Shown: one piece after another, positions 41,043 to 50,238 of the stretch
How the letters are laid out: the number at the start of each line of letters is the position of its first letter
Position numbering within the stretch: position 1 is the stretch's first letter
Assembly: GCA_963714095.1 (NCBI GenBank)
Contig: OY970230.1
Coordinates: forward strand, 724,103-788,102
Length of the DNA stretch: 64,000 bases
Direction of reading: 5' to 3'
Source: Candidatus Gottesmanbacteria bacterium
GTDB lineage: Bacteria > Patescibacteriota > Microgenomatia > UBA10105 > UBA927
Made by a program: the position numbers and the translations under genes
The notes under the pieces: generated by a model
What the model was told of the DNA's origin: nothing
The model's input: only the letters and a program-made list of their open reading frames with translations
The model's database searches: none

Positions 41043-42259
41043 TGTGCGAGAATTTTTTTTGCCGCGTTTATCCCTAATTCTACCGCATAATTGGTGCCTC
41101 GGTCCCAGGGGACAATGCTGTCCATGTTGGCGAGGTACACGTTTGGAATTGCGGTCACAAAACTTGGCGTGCGGGAGGAATAGTGAAGTTGGTGGACCGG
41201 TTGGGCAAAGGGAGCGGTAAACATAAATGAATTATAAATTTTGAATGGTGAACTGCGGGTTAAACGCTTAACGAACGGAAGAAAAACTTTCAACAATTGC
41301 TCTTTGGTCATCAATAAATATTTGTGTCCCTCCGGCAGGTAGTTGCCAAAATACGTGAGGTGGTGACCGCCGTAGTCTTTAGTATCCATAAAATTCGTGT
41401 GCGCCACTGCTGCCAAAAACGGGAATTTACGGTCGGTGATACTCAGCCAGTACACATCTGTAAGAATCGGTTTATCGGTTTCAAGAATTAACGTTTGGGC
41501 CCAGAGATGGGGGATGGGGCTAAACTGAATATCCTGATAGAGGTTTTTTGCTGTTTCGCTTGGAACGGTGAGTAAAACGGTATCAAAACCCGACAGGCTA
41601 CTCACCGATGCAACCCTTGTGTTTGTGTGAATAGTCCCGCCTTGTTTTTTAATAGCGCTTTCGAGCGCGTCTATGAGAGTTTTGAACCCTCCTTCCATGT
41701 ACATCAAATTTGCCGTGCGTTTTTTAATGCGTGCCCAAAACCACGCGGCTTGAACACGTGGCGCGAAATCACCGAATTTTCCGACAAGGAGTGGCTCCCA
41801 AAGTACTGTGTATGCACGGTTTCCGCCTATTGAGGTTAAAAGTTGTTCAGCGGTGAAATTTTCTAATGGTTTCCAAAACGGCGTGATTTTTAAGTAAGCA
41901 AGAAGCGCCGCAGTACGCAACTTATCAGAAATTGAGAGCCCCGGAAATCGCAGGAGATGTAGCGGGGAATCGAGCTGGTACGGTTTCCCGTTATAGAGAT
42001 TCGCCGTCACAGGACGCGTGATGATGATTTTATTTGTAAGTCCTAATTCTTTGATTAATTTGAGTACCGTACGGTCATTGGTAAACCAGTGATGGTAGGT
42101 ATTTTCGAGGTACCAATTCCAACCCGGTTTTTTGAATCCATATGCCAGCCCACCCAATACAGGCCCGGATTCAAAAAGCGTGACCTTGTGTCCGCGGCGG
42201 GTTAGCGTGTAAGCGGCGGATAAACCAGTGAACCCCCCGCCGATAACTGCAATATGCAT
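41039..42259 (-). CDS. FAD-dependent oxidoreductase (amine oxidase/HemY-like)
   Basis: GGGFTGL, GGLA, YHHWF, PWDRG. Confidence 0.85.
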   Translation of the reverse strand: MHIAVIGGGFTGLSAAYTLTRRGHKVTLFESGPVLGGLAYGFKKPGWNWYLENTYHHWFTNDRTVLKLIKELGLTNKIIITRPVTANLYNGKPYQLDSPLHLLRFPGLSISDKLRTAALLAYLKITPFWKPLENFTAEQLLTSIGGNRAYTVLWEPLLVGKFGDFAPRVQAAWFWARIKKRTANLMYMEGGFKTLIDALESAIKKQGGTIHTNTRVASVSSLSGFDTVLLTVPSETAKNLYQDIQFSPIPHLWAQTLILETDKPILTDVYWLSITDRKFPFLAAVAHTNFMDTKDYGGHHLTYFGNYLPEGHKYLLMTKEQLLKVFLPFVKRLTRSSPFKIYNSFMFTAPFAQPVHQLHYSSRTPSFVTAIPNVYLANMDSIVPWDRGTNYAVELGINAAKKILAQ

Positions 42260-42306
42260 GAGAAGATTGTAGCATTTTATTTCCGTTTTTGTCGTATAAT
42301 CTATCC

Positions 42307-44439
42307 ATGCTTTCCGATTTGCCGATTATTTTTCAATGGTGGGCGACGCTGTTTTTGGTCGGTGCTGCGGCGTATCCGTTGACCCGTAAATTATTTCATG
42401 GATGGTTTGACGGGGGGTATTTGTTTGCAAAAGCCGTGGGAATGGCGACGGTCACCTATATTGTCTATCTCTTAGGAGTATTGCACGTTGCACCGTTTGT
42501 GCAGGCGACCGTGTGGGCGTCAATGGGGGGAGTATTTATTCTTGGAATGCTTATAAATAGAGGAAACCAGAGGAAGGAGAATACAAAGAAAAAAATTCTT
42601 CTCATGGTAGCGGAAGAGCTTTTCTTTGTGGCCGCACTTCTGTTTTGGTCCTGGGTGAAGGCGCACGAACCAAGCATCCGCAGCCTTGAAAAATTCATGG
42701 ACTTCGGGTTTACCAAATCCATCCTGGACAGCAGGTTTTTTCCGGCCCCGGATATGTGGTACGCCGGCGCGACGATTAACTATTATTACTTCGGACACAC
42801 TGTCATGGCGGTTCTCACACGGATCTCCGGCATCGATTTGACAACGACATTTAATCTCATGCTTGTGACGATATTTGCGCTCTGTTTCACGATGAGTTTT
42901 TCGATTGGAAAACAATTGATGCGGGGACTAAAAGGGATACGGGCAATCGGGGAAATCGGAGGAGGACTGTTGACCGCATTTCTCGTGACCCTTGCCGGCA
43001 ACATGCAGACAATCTATGCATTTACTCAGGGGTATGACGGAGACAAGGTTGTTCCGTTTTGGAAACTTCTGTGGCCCATCGGAGATTTTATAAAACGTTT
43101 ACCGGATGGCCTGAACCGTTATTGGTATCCGAACGCCACCCGTTTCATTCCGTTCACGATTCATGAATTTCCCAGCTATTCGTTTGTGGTGTCGGATGTC
43201 CACGGACATGTATTGTCCATACCGTTCGTGTTGCTTGCAATAGCGTTTCTTATAATAATTTGGGGAGACAAAGGAAATAAGGGTGATTGGGGCATGTATA
43301 TATTTTATGGGTTTCTTTGCAGCGTACTTCTCATGACTAACGCCCTTGACGGGCCGATATATCTGGGATTGTTCCTCATTTCTTTGGCGGTATTCAACGT
43401 ATTTTTTAAGAAACGTTCATGGGAAAAAGTCGCGATTATTGCCGGTACGGTTATCAGCACGGCCGGCGTCGTGAGTCTTCCGTTTTTGCTGTACTTTAAA
43501 TCGTTTGTCACCGGGGTTGCCGTCAATTGTCCGCCGACGGCGCTTGCTGATACAAAAATCGGGCCGATTCTTTTTGAGGGAGTTGAGAAATGTCAGCACT
43601 CGCCCTTGTGGATGATGTGGCTTTTGTGGGGATTTTTTATCTATTGCGGATTGTTTTTGGTTATTCCGCTGATCAAAAAAATTCGGATCAAAAAACAGAT
43701 AGAGCACCAGGAATTTTTGCTGTGCATATTGTTCGTGTTTTCGATACTCCTTATCATCTTTCCTGAATTTTTTTACTTTAAAGACATATATCCCACGTAT
43801 TTCCGCAGCAACACTATGTTTAAGCTTGGGTACCAGGCGTTCATCATGTTTTCGATTATCGCCGGGTATACCATCATGAAAATGGTCAGGCAGAAGAAGC
43901 GAGTGTTGTTTTTCCTGTTTCTGGCCCCGCAGCTGTTTTTGGTTTCCATATATCCGATTTTCAGCGTACGGTCGTATTTTGACAGCCTCAGAAATTATGA
44001 AGGGATCAACGGGAGCGGATGGATCAGCGCACAGTATCCGGATAATTGGGCGGGGATACTCTGGTTGAACGATCAGTATCGGCTTGGCCGGCTGGGGCAA
44101 AATCCGGTTATAGTCGAAGCGGACGGGGATAGTTATACGGACTACAACCAGGTGAGCGCGTTCACGGGGTTTCCGACGATTGTGGGCTGGTCGGTCCATG
44201 AATGGCTTTGGCGTGGGTCCTATGACGTGGTGGCGCCGCGCAAAGCGGAAGTGCAGCAGGTGTATGAATCAACGGATATCAATGAAACCCGTCAGATTCT
44301 GGCGAAATATCACGCCACGTATATTTTTGTGGGCACGCTGGAACGGGAGAAGTTTAAAGATATGCAGGAATGGAAATTCAAGGAGTTGGGAAATGCGGTC
44401 TTTACCTCCGGAACTACGGTGATCTACGCAGTCCATTGA
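42307..44439 (+). CDS. DUF2298 (YYY) membrane protein, GT-C-like
   Basis: EKFMD, INYYYFGH, IHEFPSYSF..DVHGH, NTMFK. Confidence 0.85.
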   Translation: MLSDLPIIFQWWATLFLVGAAAYPLTRKLFHGWFDGGYLFAKAVGMATVTYIVYLLGVLHVAPFVQATVWASMGGVFILGMLINRGNQRKENTKKKILLMVAEELFFVAALLFWSWVKAHEPSIRSLEKFMDFGFTKSILDSRFFPAPDMWYAGATINYYYFGHTVMAVLTRISGIDLTTTFNLMLVTIFALCFTMSFSIGKQLMRGLKGIRAIGEIGGGLLTAFLVTLAGNMQTIYAFTQGYDGDKVVPFWKLLWPIGDFIKRLPDGLNRYWYPNATRFIPFTIHEFPSYSFVVSDVHGHVLSIPFVLLAIAFLIIIWGDKGNKGDWGMYIFYGFLCSVLLMTNALDGPIYLGLFLISLAVFNVFFKKRSWEKVAIIAGTVISTAGVVSLPFLLYFKSFVTGVAVNCPPTALADTKIGPILFEGVEKCQHSPLWMMWLLWGFFIYCGLFLVIPLIKKIRIKKQIEHQEFLLCILFVFSILLIIFPEFFYFKDIYPTYFRSNTMFKLGYQAFIMFSIIAGYTIMKMVRQKKRVLFFLFLAPQLFLVSIYPIFSVRSYFDSLRNYEGINGSGWISAQYPDNWAGILWLNDQYRLGRLGQNPVIVEADGDSYTDYNQVSAFTGFPTIVGWSVHEWLWRGSYDVVAPRKAEVQQVYESTDINETRQILAKYHATYIFVGTLEREKFKDMQEWKFKELGNAVFTSGTTVIYAVH

Positions 44440-44560
44440 CAACCTGAGTAAACTGTGGTTAAATACGTGAGTAGATTAAAGAATTCCTCGTATTGACAGT
44501 ATTTTCATGAGTTTTTCCAAAAACTAATTTCTATTTTCTATCATACTAAGTTCTTGTATT

Positions 44561-46120
44561 ATGGCGTTTCGCGCATCCACAAAATCAGCTAAACCAAAAA
44601 AAATTATTCCGGAGCTAAAACCTGCAGGCGAGCCAGTGGTTGTCGCGCCTTCACTGAGTATTGACGATCTTATCGGCGGGCCGAAGGAAGAAGCGAAACC
44701 TATTAAAGAGGAGCTAAAAGCAGTTGAGCCGAAAGTTGCTGACCCGTCATCGGCACCATTGCCGTATACGCCTCCTCCCCGGCAAGACAGACCGAGAATG
44801 GGATTCGACCGCAATCGTGGGGGATTTAACGGCGGGTACCGAAGACCCATGGGCGGCGGATATCAAAATAGACAAAATGGATATGGTCCGAATCGTGGCT
44901 ATAATGCGCAGGGGCCGGTTCAAGGGTATCGCAGAGAATGGATTCCTCGACCTCAAAATACCAGTCCGTCGGTTGGCGGATTTACGCCGGATATTGATGT
45001 GCCCACAGAAACAGTCAAGGGAATCCTGGACGTTATGCCGGAGGGACACGGGTTTTTGCGGCCGAAGTTTACGCCAAGCGAAAAAGATGTGTATATTTCC
45101 CAGTCGCAGATCCGTCGGTTTCTCCTTCGTAACGGCGACATGGTGGAGGGGCAGGCGCGTGCTCCGAAAGATAATGAGCGTTACTACGGACTTTTGAAAG
45201 TAGAAAAAGTGGACGATAAGCCGGCTGAAGAGATGGCCTCACGCCCGAAATTTGAAGATCTCACGCCGCTCTACCCAAACAAACACCTGCGCCTTGAAAC
45301 AGGCCAGCAACCGCTGTCGACCCGCATTTTGGACCTTATCGCGCCCATCGGATTCGGGCAGCGGGGACTTATCGTATCCCCACCGAAAGCAGGCAAAACC
45401 ACAATTTTGAAAGAACTCGCTGCGGGAATTTCTGCTAATTATCCCGAGGTGCACCTTATGGCGGCATTAATCGGCGAGCGGCCGGAAGAGGTTACGGATT
45501 TAACACGGTCTATCCACGGCGAGGTGCTGGCCAGTAATTTTGACGAATCCCCTGCAGAGCAGACGAGGATTGCCGAAGTGGCGCTCGACCGCGCAAAGCG
45601 GTTGGTTGAAATGGGGAAAGATGTGGTTATTCTTTTGGATTCCATTACCCGCCTTGCACGCGCGTATAACTTGGTCGTCAACCCATCAGGTCGAACGCTC
45701 TCCGGCGGATTTGACCCGGCAGCCCTGTATCCTGCGAAGAAATTTTTAGGCGCAGCACGGTGTGTAGAGGGATCTGAAGGGAAAATTACTGGTTCCCTGA
45801 CGGTTATCGGCACGGCACTTGTTGAGACCGGAAGCCGGATGGATGATCTTATTTACGAAGAATTCAAAGGCACCGGCAATATGGAACTGCACCTCTCGCG
45901 TGCGCTCCAGGAGCGAAGGATTTTTCCGGCAATTGATGTCGGTAAAAGCGGTACGCGCCACGATGAACTTTTAATCGGCGAAGAACAAATGAAAAAAGTA
46001 ACGACCCTGCGCCATATGCTTTCTATGCTTGGCGACGAAGAGCGCACTATGATGCTTATTGAAAAGCTTGCCAAAACCAAGGATAACGCAGAATTCCTCG
46101 ATACGCTGTCACAGGGATAA
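44561..46120 (+). CDS. rho: Transcription termination factor Rho with a long N-terminal low-complexity extension
   Basis: GHGFLR, DVYISQSQIRRF, PPKAGKT, DSITRLARAYN, EEFKGTGN. Confidence 0.96.
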   Translation: MAFRASTKSAKPKKIIPELKPAGEPVVVAPSLSIDDLIGGPKEEAKPIKEELKAVEPKVADPSSAPLPYTPPPRQDRPRMGFDRNRGGFNGGYRRPMGGGYQNRQNGYGPNRGYNAQGPVQGYRREWIPRPQNTSPSVGGFTPDIDVPTETVKGILDVMPEGHGFLRPKFTPSEKDVYISQSQIRRFLLRNGDMVEGQARAPKDNERYYGLLKVEKVDDKPAEEMASRPKFEDLTPLYPNKHLRLETGQQPLSTRILDLIAPIGFGQRGLIVSPPKAGKTTILKELAAGISANYPEVHLMAALIGERPEEVTDLTRSIHGEVLASNFDESPAEQTRIAEVALDRAKRLVEMGKDVVILLDSITRLARAYNLVVNPSGRTLSGGFDPAALYPAKKFLGAARCVEGSEGKITGSLTVIGTALVETGSRMDDLIYEEFKGTGNMELHLSRALQERRIFPAIDVGKSGTRHDELLIGEEQMKKVTTLRHMLSMLGDEERTMMLIEKLAKTKDNAEFLDTLSQG

Positions 46121-46178
46121 TATTGACTTCAATTTGCACTTCGGGTTTTCACATGCTACCCTGAAGAGCACTGGTTTT

Positions 46179-47279
46179 ATGAAAAAATACTTCCAAAATT
46201 TGTTTGAAGATATCGGTTTGTGGCGGGAGGGATGGACTCACTATATTGAGCGAAAACTCAAACGGTGGGGGACGGGTTTTGAAACGCAGAAAAACGTGAT
46301 TGTAGATATCCTCATGGCCCGGCGCGGTACATACCAGCGGCCGTTTTTAACGATTTCCCTGGGGATTCTTCTTATTACGGGGGTGATGAGCGCGCCCATT
46401 ATTGCCAATGCATATCCGGGGAGTGTTCAGAGTCAGCTTACGCAATTTACTCCTTCCTCCGCAGTCGCCACATCGCTGGATTTTTCCGATTACGGGATTC
46501 AGACCCAGATATCACAAAAACCCCGTGATCAGGTTATAAGCTATACGGTAGAGAAAGGCGATACGCTTTCAAGCGTCGCGGAAAAATTCGGGATTTCCAC
46601 CGATACAATCCGCTGGGAAAACAATCTCACGAGCGATGATCTTGCTATCGGCGACACGCTCAAGATTCCGCCGGTAACCGGTATGGTGATTACCGTTTCT
46701 GAAGGGGAAACGGTTCAGAGTATTGCAAAAAAGTATAAAACCGATGCGCAAAAAATTGTTAACTATCCGTTTAATGATTTTGCAGATCTGGACACGTTTG
46801 CACTCAATGTAGGGCAAACATTGGTTGTTCCGGATGGTGTGGAGCCTGCGGCAGCACCTCTCTTTATTGCTCAGGGACCGGCTCCTATGTCTATCGCAAC
46901 CGGTATTGGTCAAATTTTATGGCCGACCAATGGGGTTATAACACAATGTCCGGTTTGGTATCACGTAGCATTTGATATTGCCAACCCTGCGGAGCCCGGC
47001 GTGATGGCGGCAACAAACGGTGTTGTCAGTGTTCCTCCGTTTGATCGGTATGGGTACGGCAATCACATTATTGTCAATCGCGGCGACGGGTTGTCAACGC
47101 TGTATGGGCACCTTTCGGAAATTTATGTGAGAACGGGGGATCATGTTGCCCAAGGACAGGTGATCGGCCGGATGGGGTCAACCGGTCGGTCGACGGGTCC
47201 GCATTTACACTTTGAGACACGGATCAATAATGTGATTGTCTATCCTAATCAATTTTTCCACACATCCTGCGGCGGATAA
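46179..47279 (+). CDS. LysM + M23 peptidase
   Basis: TM, two LysM repeats, HVAFD, YGHL, STGPHLHFE. Confidence 0.9.
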   Translation: MKKYFQNLFEDIGLWREGWTHYIERKLKRWGTGFETQKNVIVDILMARRGTYQRPFLTISLGILLITGVMSAPIIANAYPGSVQSQLTQFTPSSAVATSLDFSDYGIQTQISQKPRDQVISYTVEKGDTLSSVAEKFGISTDTIRWENNLTSDDLAIGDTLKIPPVTGMVITVSEGETVQSIAKKYKTDAQKIVNYPFNDFADLDTFALNVGQTLVVPDGVEPAAAPLFIAQGPAPMSIATGIGQILWPTNGVITQCPVWYHVAFDIANPAEPGVMAATNGVVSVPPFDRYGYGNHIIVNRGDGLSTLYGHLSEIYVRTGDHVAQGQVIGRMGSTGRSTGPHLHFETRINNVIVYPNQFFHTSCGG

Positions 47280-47290
47280 AAATACCTTTG

Positions 47291-47361
47291 TGGACCCGAG
47301 GGGAATTGAACCCCTTTCTACTCCATGCCATGGAGTCGTTCTACCGGTATACTACGGGCCC
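47291..47361 (-). tRNA. tRNA-Ala(GGC)
   Basis: Cloverleaf, G3:U70, GGC anticodon with A32/U38. Confidence 0.92.
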
Positions 47362-47399
47362 CGGTGTGTGGTGTGGCGTCGCGATTACGCGACATCCTG

Positions 47400-47472
47400 T
47401 GGACCTGAGCGGAATCGAACCGCTGATCTCCGCAATGCGAATGCGGCGCATTACCAGCTGTGCTACAGGCCC
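47400..47472 (-). tRNA. tRNA-Ala(CGC)
   Basis: Cloverleaf, G3:U70, CGC anticodon; TGC-TATAAT promoter upstream. Confidence 0.93.
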
Positions 47473-47649
47473 GAATAACAATGTAATTATAGCAGAAAAT
47501 ATGGGGAATTGGTCTCAATCCTATCCCGTTTCGCTAAAGCTTCGCGGGATTGATGGTTATTAAACTCTCAAATATGAATTTGCTCATTAAATAACCATCA
47601 AAAAAACATAGGACTTAATCCCGACAATTGGACGCCTATGCTTTTTTAA

Positions 47650-47862
47650 TTACCGCGTTGTCGTTACCCCTGCAACTGTCGGGGTCGTGGCGGCGATGTG
47701 GGTGCTGATAAACTGCCCGACCATCGCGCCCAACCCGAGCATCAGGGCAAAACCGATAACAAACATCCATCCCCGCACTACCACAAGGTAGTTTTCGGAT
47801 GCATGTGCCGCTTTTCGGTGTGCCGGTGTATGATGAATCCGGCGTACATGTCTTTTTGCCAT
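47650..47862 (-). CDS. Small single-TM protein
   Basis: His/Arg-rich N-terminus, one TM, C-terminal PTVAGVTT. Confidence 0.6.
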   Translation of the reverse strand: MAKRHVRRIHHTPAHRKAAHASENYLVVVRGWMFVIGFALMLGLGAMVGQFISTHIAATTPTVAGVTTTR

Positions 47863-47868
47863 ACAATA

Positions 47869-50238
47869 TCAGTGTGAGATATTTGTAGCTTTCTTGTCAA
47901 CCCCCAGTTTTTTGAGAACGAACCAGACAAGAAGAGAAATAAGGAGGAGAAATTCCGTCCAGAGCAGGAATACTTTAAGAGTTGATGGCTGATAGCTGGC
48001 CACAATAGTATGGGTACCGGCAGTAACGGGTATGCCGATAAAGAAGGGGAAGGTGATGATTGGTGCGACTACTTCACCATCTACGGTGATGTGCCAGTCG
48101 GGGTGGTAGGTCTGTTTTAAAATAACCAAACACTGAGTACAATGCTCCGGTACGCTTACACGGGCAGTGAAAATCATATCCGTGTCGTCGGTTTGATCTG
48201 TGATTTTTATCTTCCCTACACTACTTAGGTCAGCTACATAGCGGGGAGGTTCAGAAAATACGTTATGGATTTTATTGTCAGGAGTTATAAATGTTACCTC
48301 ATCGGTCATTTTGAAATTCGGTAGCCCCACATTTACCGGATAATTTTTGGTGTCAAAACTAAGCTGCGGATACAAGCCGTTTTTGGGGTCGTCAGATTGG
48401 ATCCAGAGGCGTATGACGTTGGTGAACGAATATTTATCGGATGCAACGATTGCAGGGCGCACACCGGCAGTAAAATAGCCGGATGCCGGTACCTCATAGA
48501 GCTTCCATGAAGGATTTTCTTTCAGTAATTTCCAAAACGGCTGGATGTTACCTTTGGGGAGATTTGCGGGGGTCGCGACATACCGGATGTTGTACAGCGC
48601 ATAATCCTCGGCATGATCTTCGCGGAAATATTGTTCGGTGTCGCTATTGGGTGACCAGGTTTCCGGAAGCCATAATACGGTCGGCAGTGCAAAATTAGAC
48701 AGATACATATACATCGGCGTTTCGGCAATCCGGAAATCACGTCCCCAGGATCCGCCGCGTCCGGCGAAGACCCTGCCCGGTGCTGTTTTCTGAAGGGTGA
48801 GGAGTGTTGAAACAAGCGCGTTGGTATCAGCAGACTGTTCGACATAATTGCCGTTGGCCCGTGCGATGAGCGTATCGTTGTATTGTGAATAGCGGAAAGT
48901 TTGGCCGTAGACCGCGGGAAAGATAAAAACGACAATCAGAATTAACGTTATCATTTTTATATATTTTTTAGGAGCAAGAATAACGCGGCTGAGCCATTCA
49001 GTTACTTTTTCCCATATTAATGTCAGCCCGAACGGCGCCAAAAACAGCCCTGCCGCGTGAACGCCGACGATGAAGCGTGATTGATGAAATTCGGTCATGG
49101 AGGGAATAATATTGAGCAAATTTCCCCACGTCGTTCTGCCGAAGTAGAGGAGGAGGAAAAAGAAAAAGAGAAGAGTAAATGGAACAGAGTCGGCAGCAAA
49201 TAGTCCGACAAGCACAAGTCCGGTCATAACCGGCAGCCTGCCGAAATCAAAGAGTGCGCCGTTTCCAAGTCTTGCGACAACCTCTTTGGCGCCGTATGAA
49301 TTGAATTTCCACACGGGATCCCAGAATGAAAAGTTGTGGAATTTGTCTAAAAGCATAGCGGGGATAATCCAATAGCTTAAAAATACGAGTGCAATTGCCG
49401 CGATACCGGATAATAGAACGGCATTTTTCTTCAATGGTTTGACGATGTCTTTTATTGACTGCCGGCGGAAAAACGCAAGGATGGGCGCAGCTGCGGCAAG
49501 AGGAACGAGGCTTAAAAATGCCATAACGCCTATCCCGATATGCCCGGCAGTTGTGAAAATAAGAAATACTATTGCAAAGAAAAAATCCGAAGGTATTTTT
49601 ATTCCGAATTTTATATTTTGTGTTGTATATTTTTTAAAACATCTGTATGCATACGCGAGAGCCAGCGGCAGCCATACCATGGCAAACAGTTGGCTTGACA
49701 GGCCGTAGCCGCGCCATAAAAATGACGACGGATCAAGGCCGTAGAATCCATCTGTGGAGATCTGCGAAGCCAACAATGCCGCCAGTCCTGCAGTCATCCA
49801 GGATGCGCCGGTGACCTGCACTGCCAAAAATACCGAAAGCGGGAAGAGACAAAGGAGGAGATAGATGATGAGGTGGTAGTACTGAAATAAACTGACGGAA
49901 CTGGTGAATACCTGGATCATTTTCCACGACCCGACGATGAGGACCTGCGGCACGTGGGAATAATAAAAGGGCAGATTATATCCTTCATTCCAGTTTGGCA
50001 CCCAGTGATCGGCAAGATAGGAGAAGTGACATATGGGAAAAGTCAGTATATTTCCTGAACACTTTTTATCTGCAAAATCCCATATTTGGTTTGTCCGGTA
50101 GACCAGCGCGTATTGGAAAGCATTATCATTCGGATCCACCTGCGCCGTGGGCTCCGTCCGGTACAGCCACAGGTTAAACCCGACGGCGAACAGGAGCATT
50201 GCAACGGAAATAATTTTCTCACTGTTTATTTTTTTCAT
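47869..50238 (-). CDS. Large GT-C-like membrane protein (YfhO / PTPS-related-like)
   Basis: DPND acidic motif after TM1, WVPNWNEGYNLPFYY, C-terminal QTYHPDWHITVDG. Confidence 0.75.
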   Translation of the reverse strand: MKKINSEKIISVAMLLFAVGFNLWLYRTEPTAQVDPNDNAFQYALVYRTNQIWDFADKKCSGNILTFPICHFSYLADHWVPNWNEGYNLPFYYSHVPQVLIVGSWKMIQVFTSSVSLFQYYHLIIYLLLCLFPLSVFLAVQVTGASWMTAGLAALLASQISTDGFYGLDPSSFLWRGYGLSSQLFAMVWLPLALAYAYRCFKKYTTQNIKFGIKIPSDFFFAIVFLIFTTAGHIGIGVMAFLSLVPLAAAAPILAFFRRQSIKDIVKPLKKNAVLLSGIAAIALVFLSYWIIPAMLLDKFHNFSFWDPVWKFNSYGAKEVVARLGNGALFDFGRLPVMTGLVLVGLFAADSVPFTLLFFFFLLLYFGRTTWGNLLNIIPSMTEFHQSRFIVGVHAAGLFLAPFGLTLIWEKVTEWLSRVILAPKKYIKMITLILIVVFIFPAVYGQTFRYSQYNDTLIARANGNYVEQSADTNALVSTLLTLQKTAPGRVFAGRGGSWGRDFRIAETPMYMYLSNFALPTVLWLPETWSPNSDTEQYFREDHAEDYALYNIRYVATPANLPKGNIQPFWKLLKENPSWKLYEVPASGYFTAGVRPAIVASDKYSFTNVIRLWIQSDDPKNGLYPQLSFDTKNYPVNVGLPNFKMTDEVTFITPDNKIHNVFSEPPRYVADLSSVGKIKITDQTDDTDMIFTARVSVPEHCTQCLVILKQTYHPDWHITVDGEVVAPIITFPFFIGIPVTAGTHTIVASYQPSTLKVFLLWTEFLLLISLLVWFVLKKLGVDKKATNISH

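Noticed and set aside
43417-44199. 260-aa antisense ORF within the DUF2298 gene, and similar long antisense ORFs
   Set aside because: No recognisable motifs; expected shadows of membrane-protein genes
47236-47563. ORFs overlapping the tRNA-Ala genes
   Set aside because: Translations of tRNA sequence
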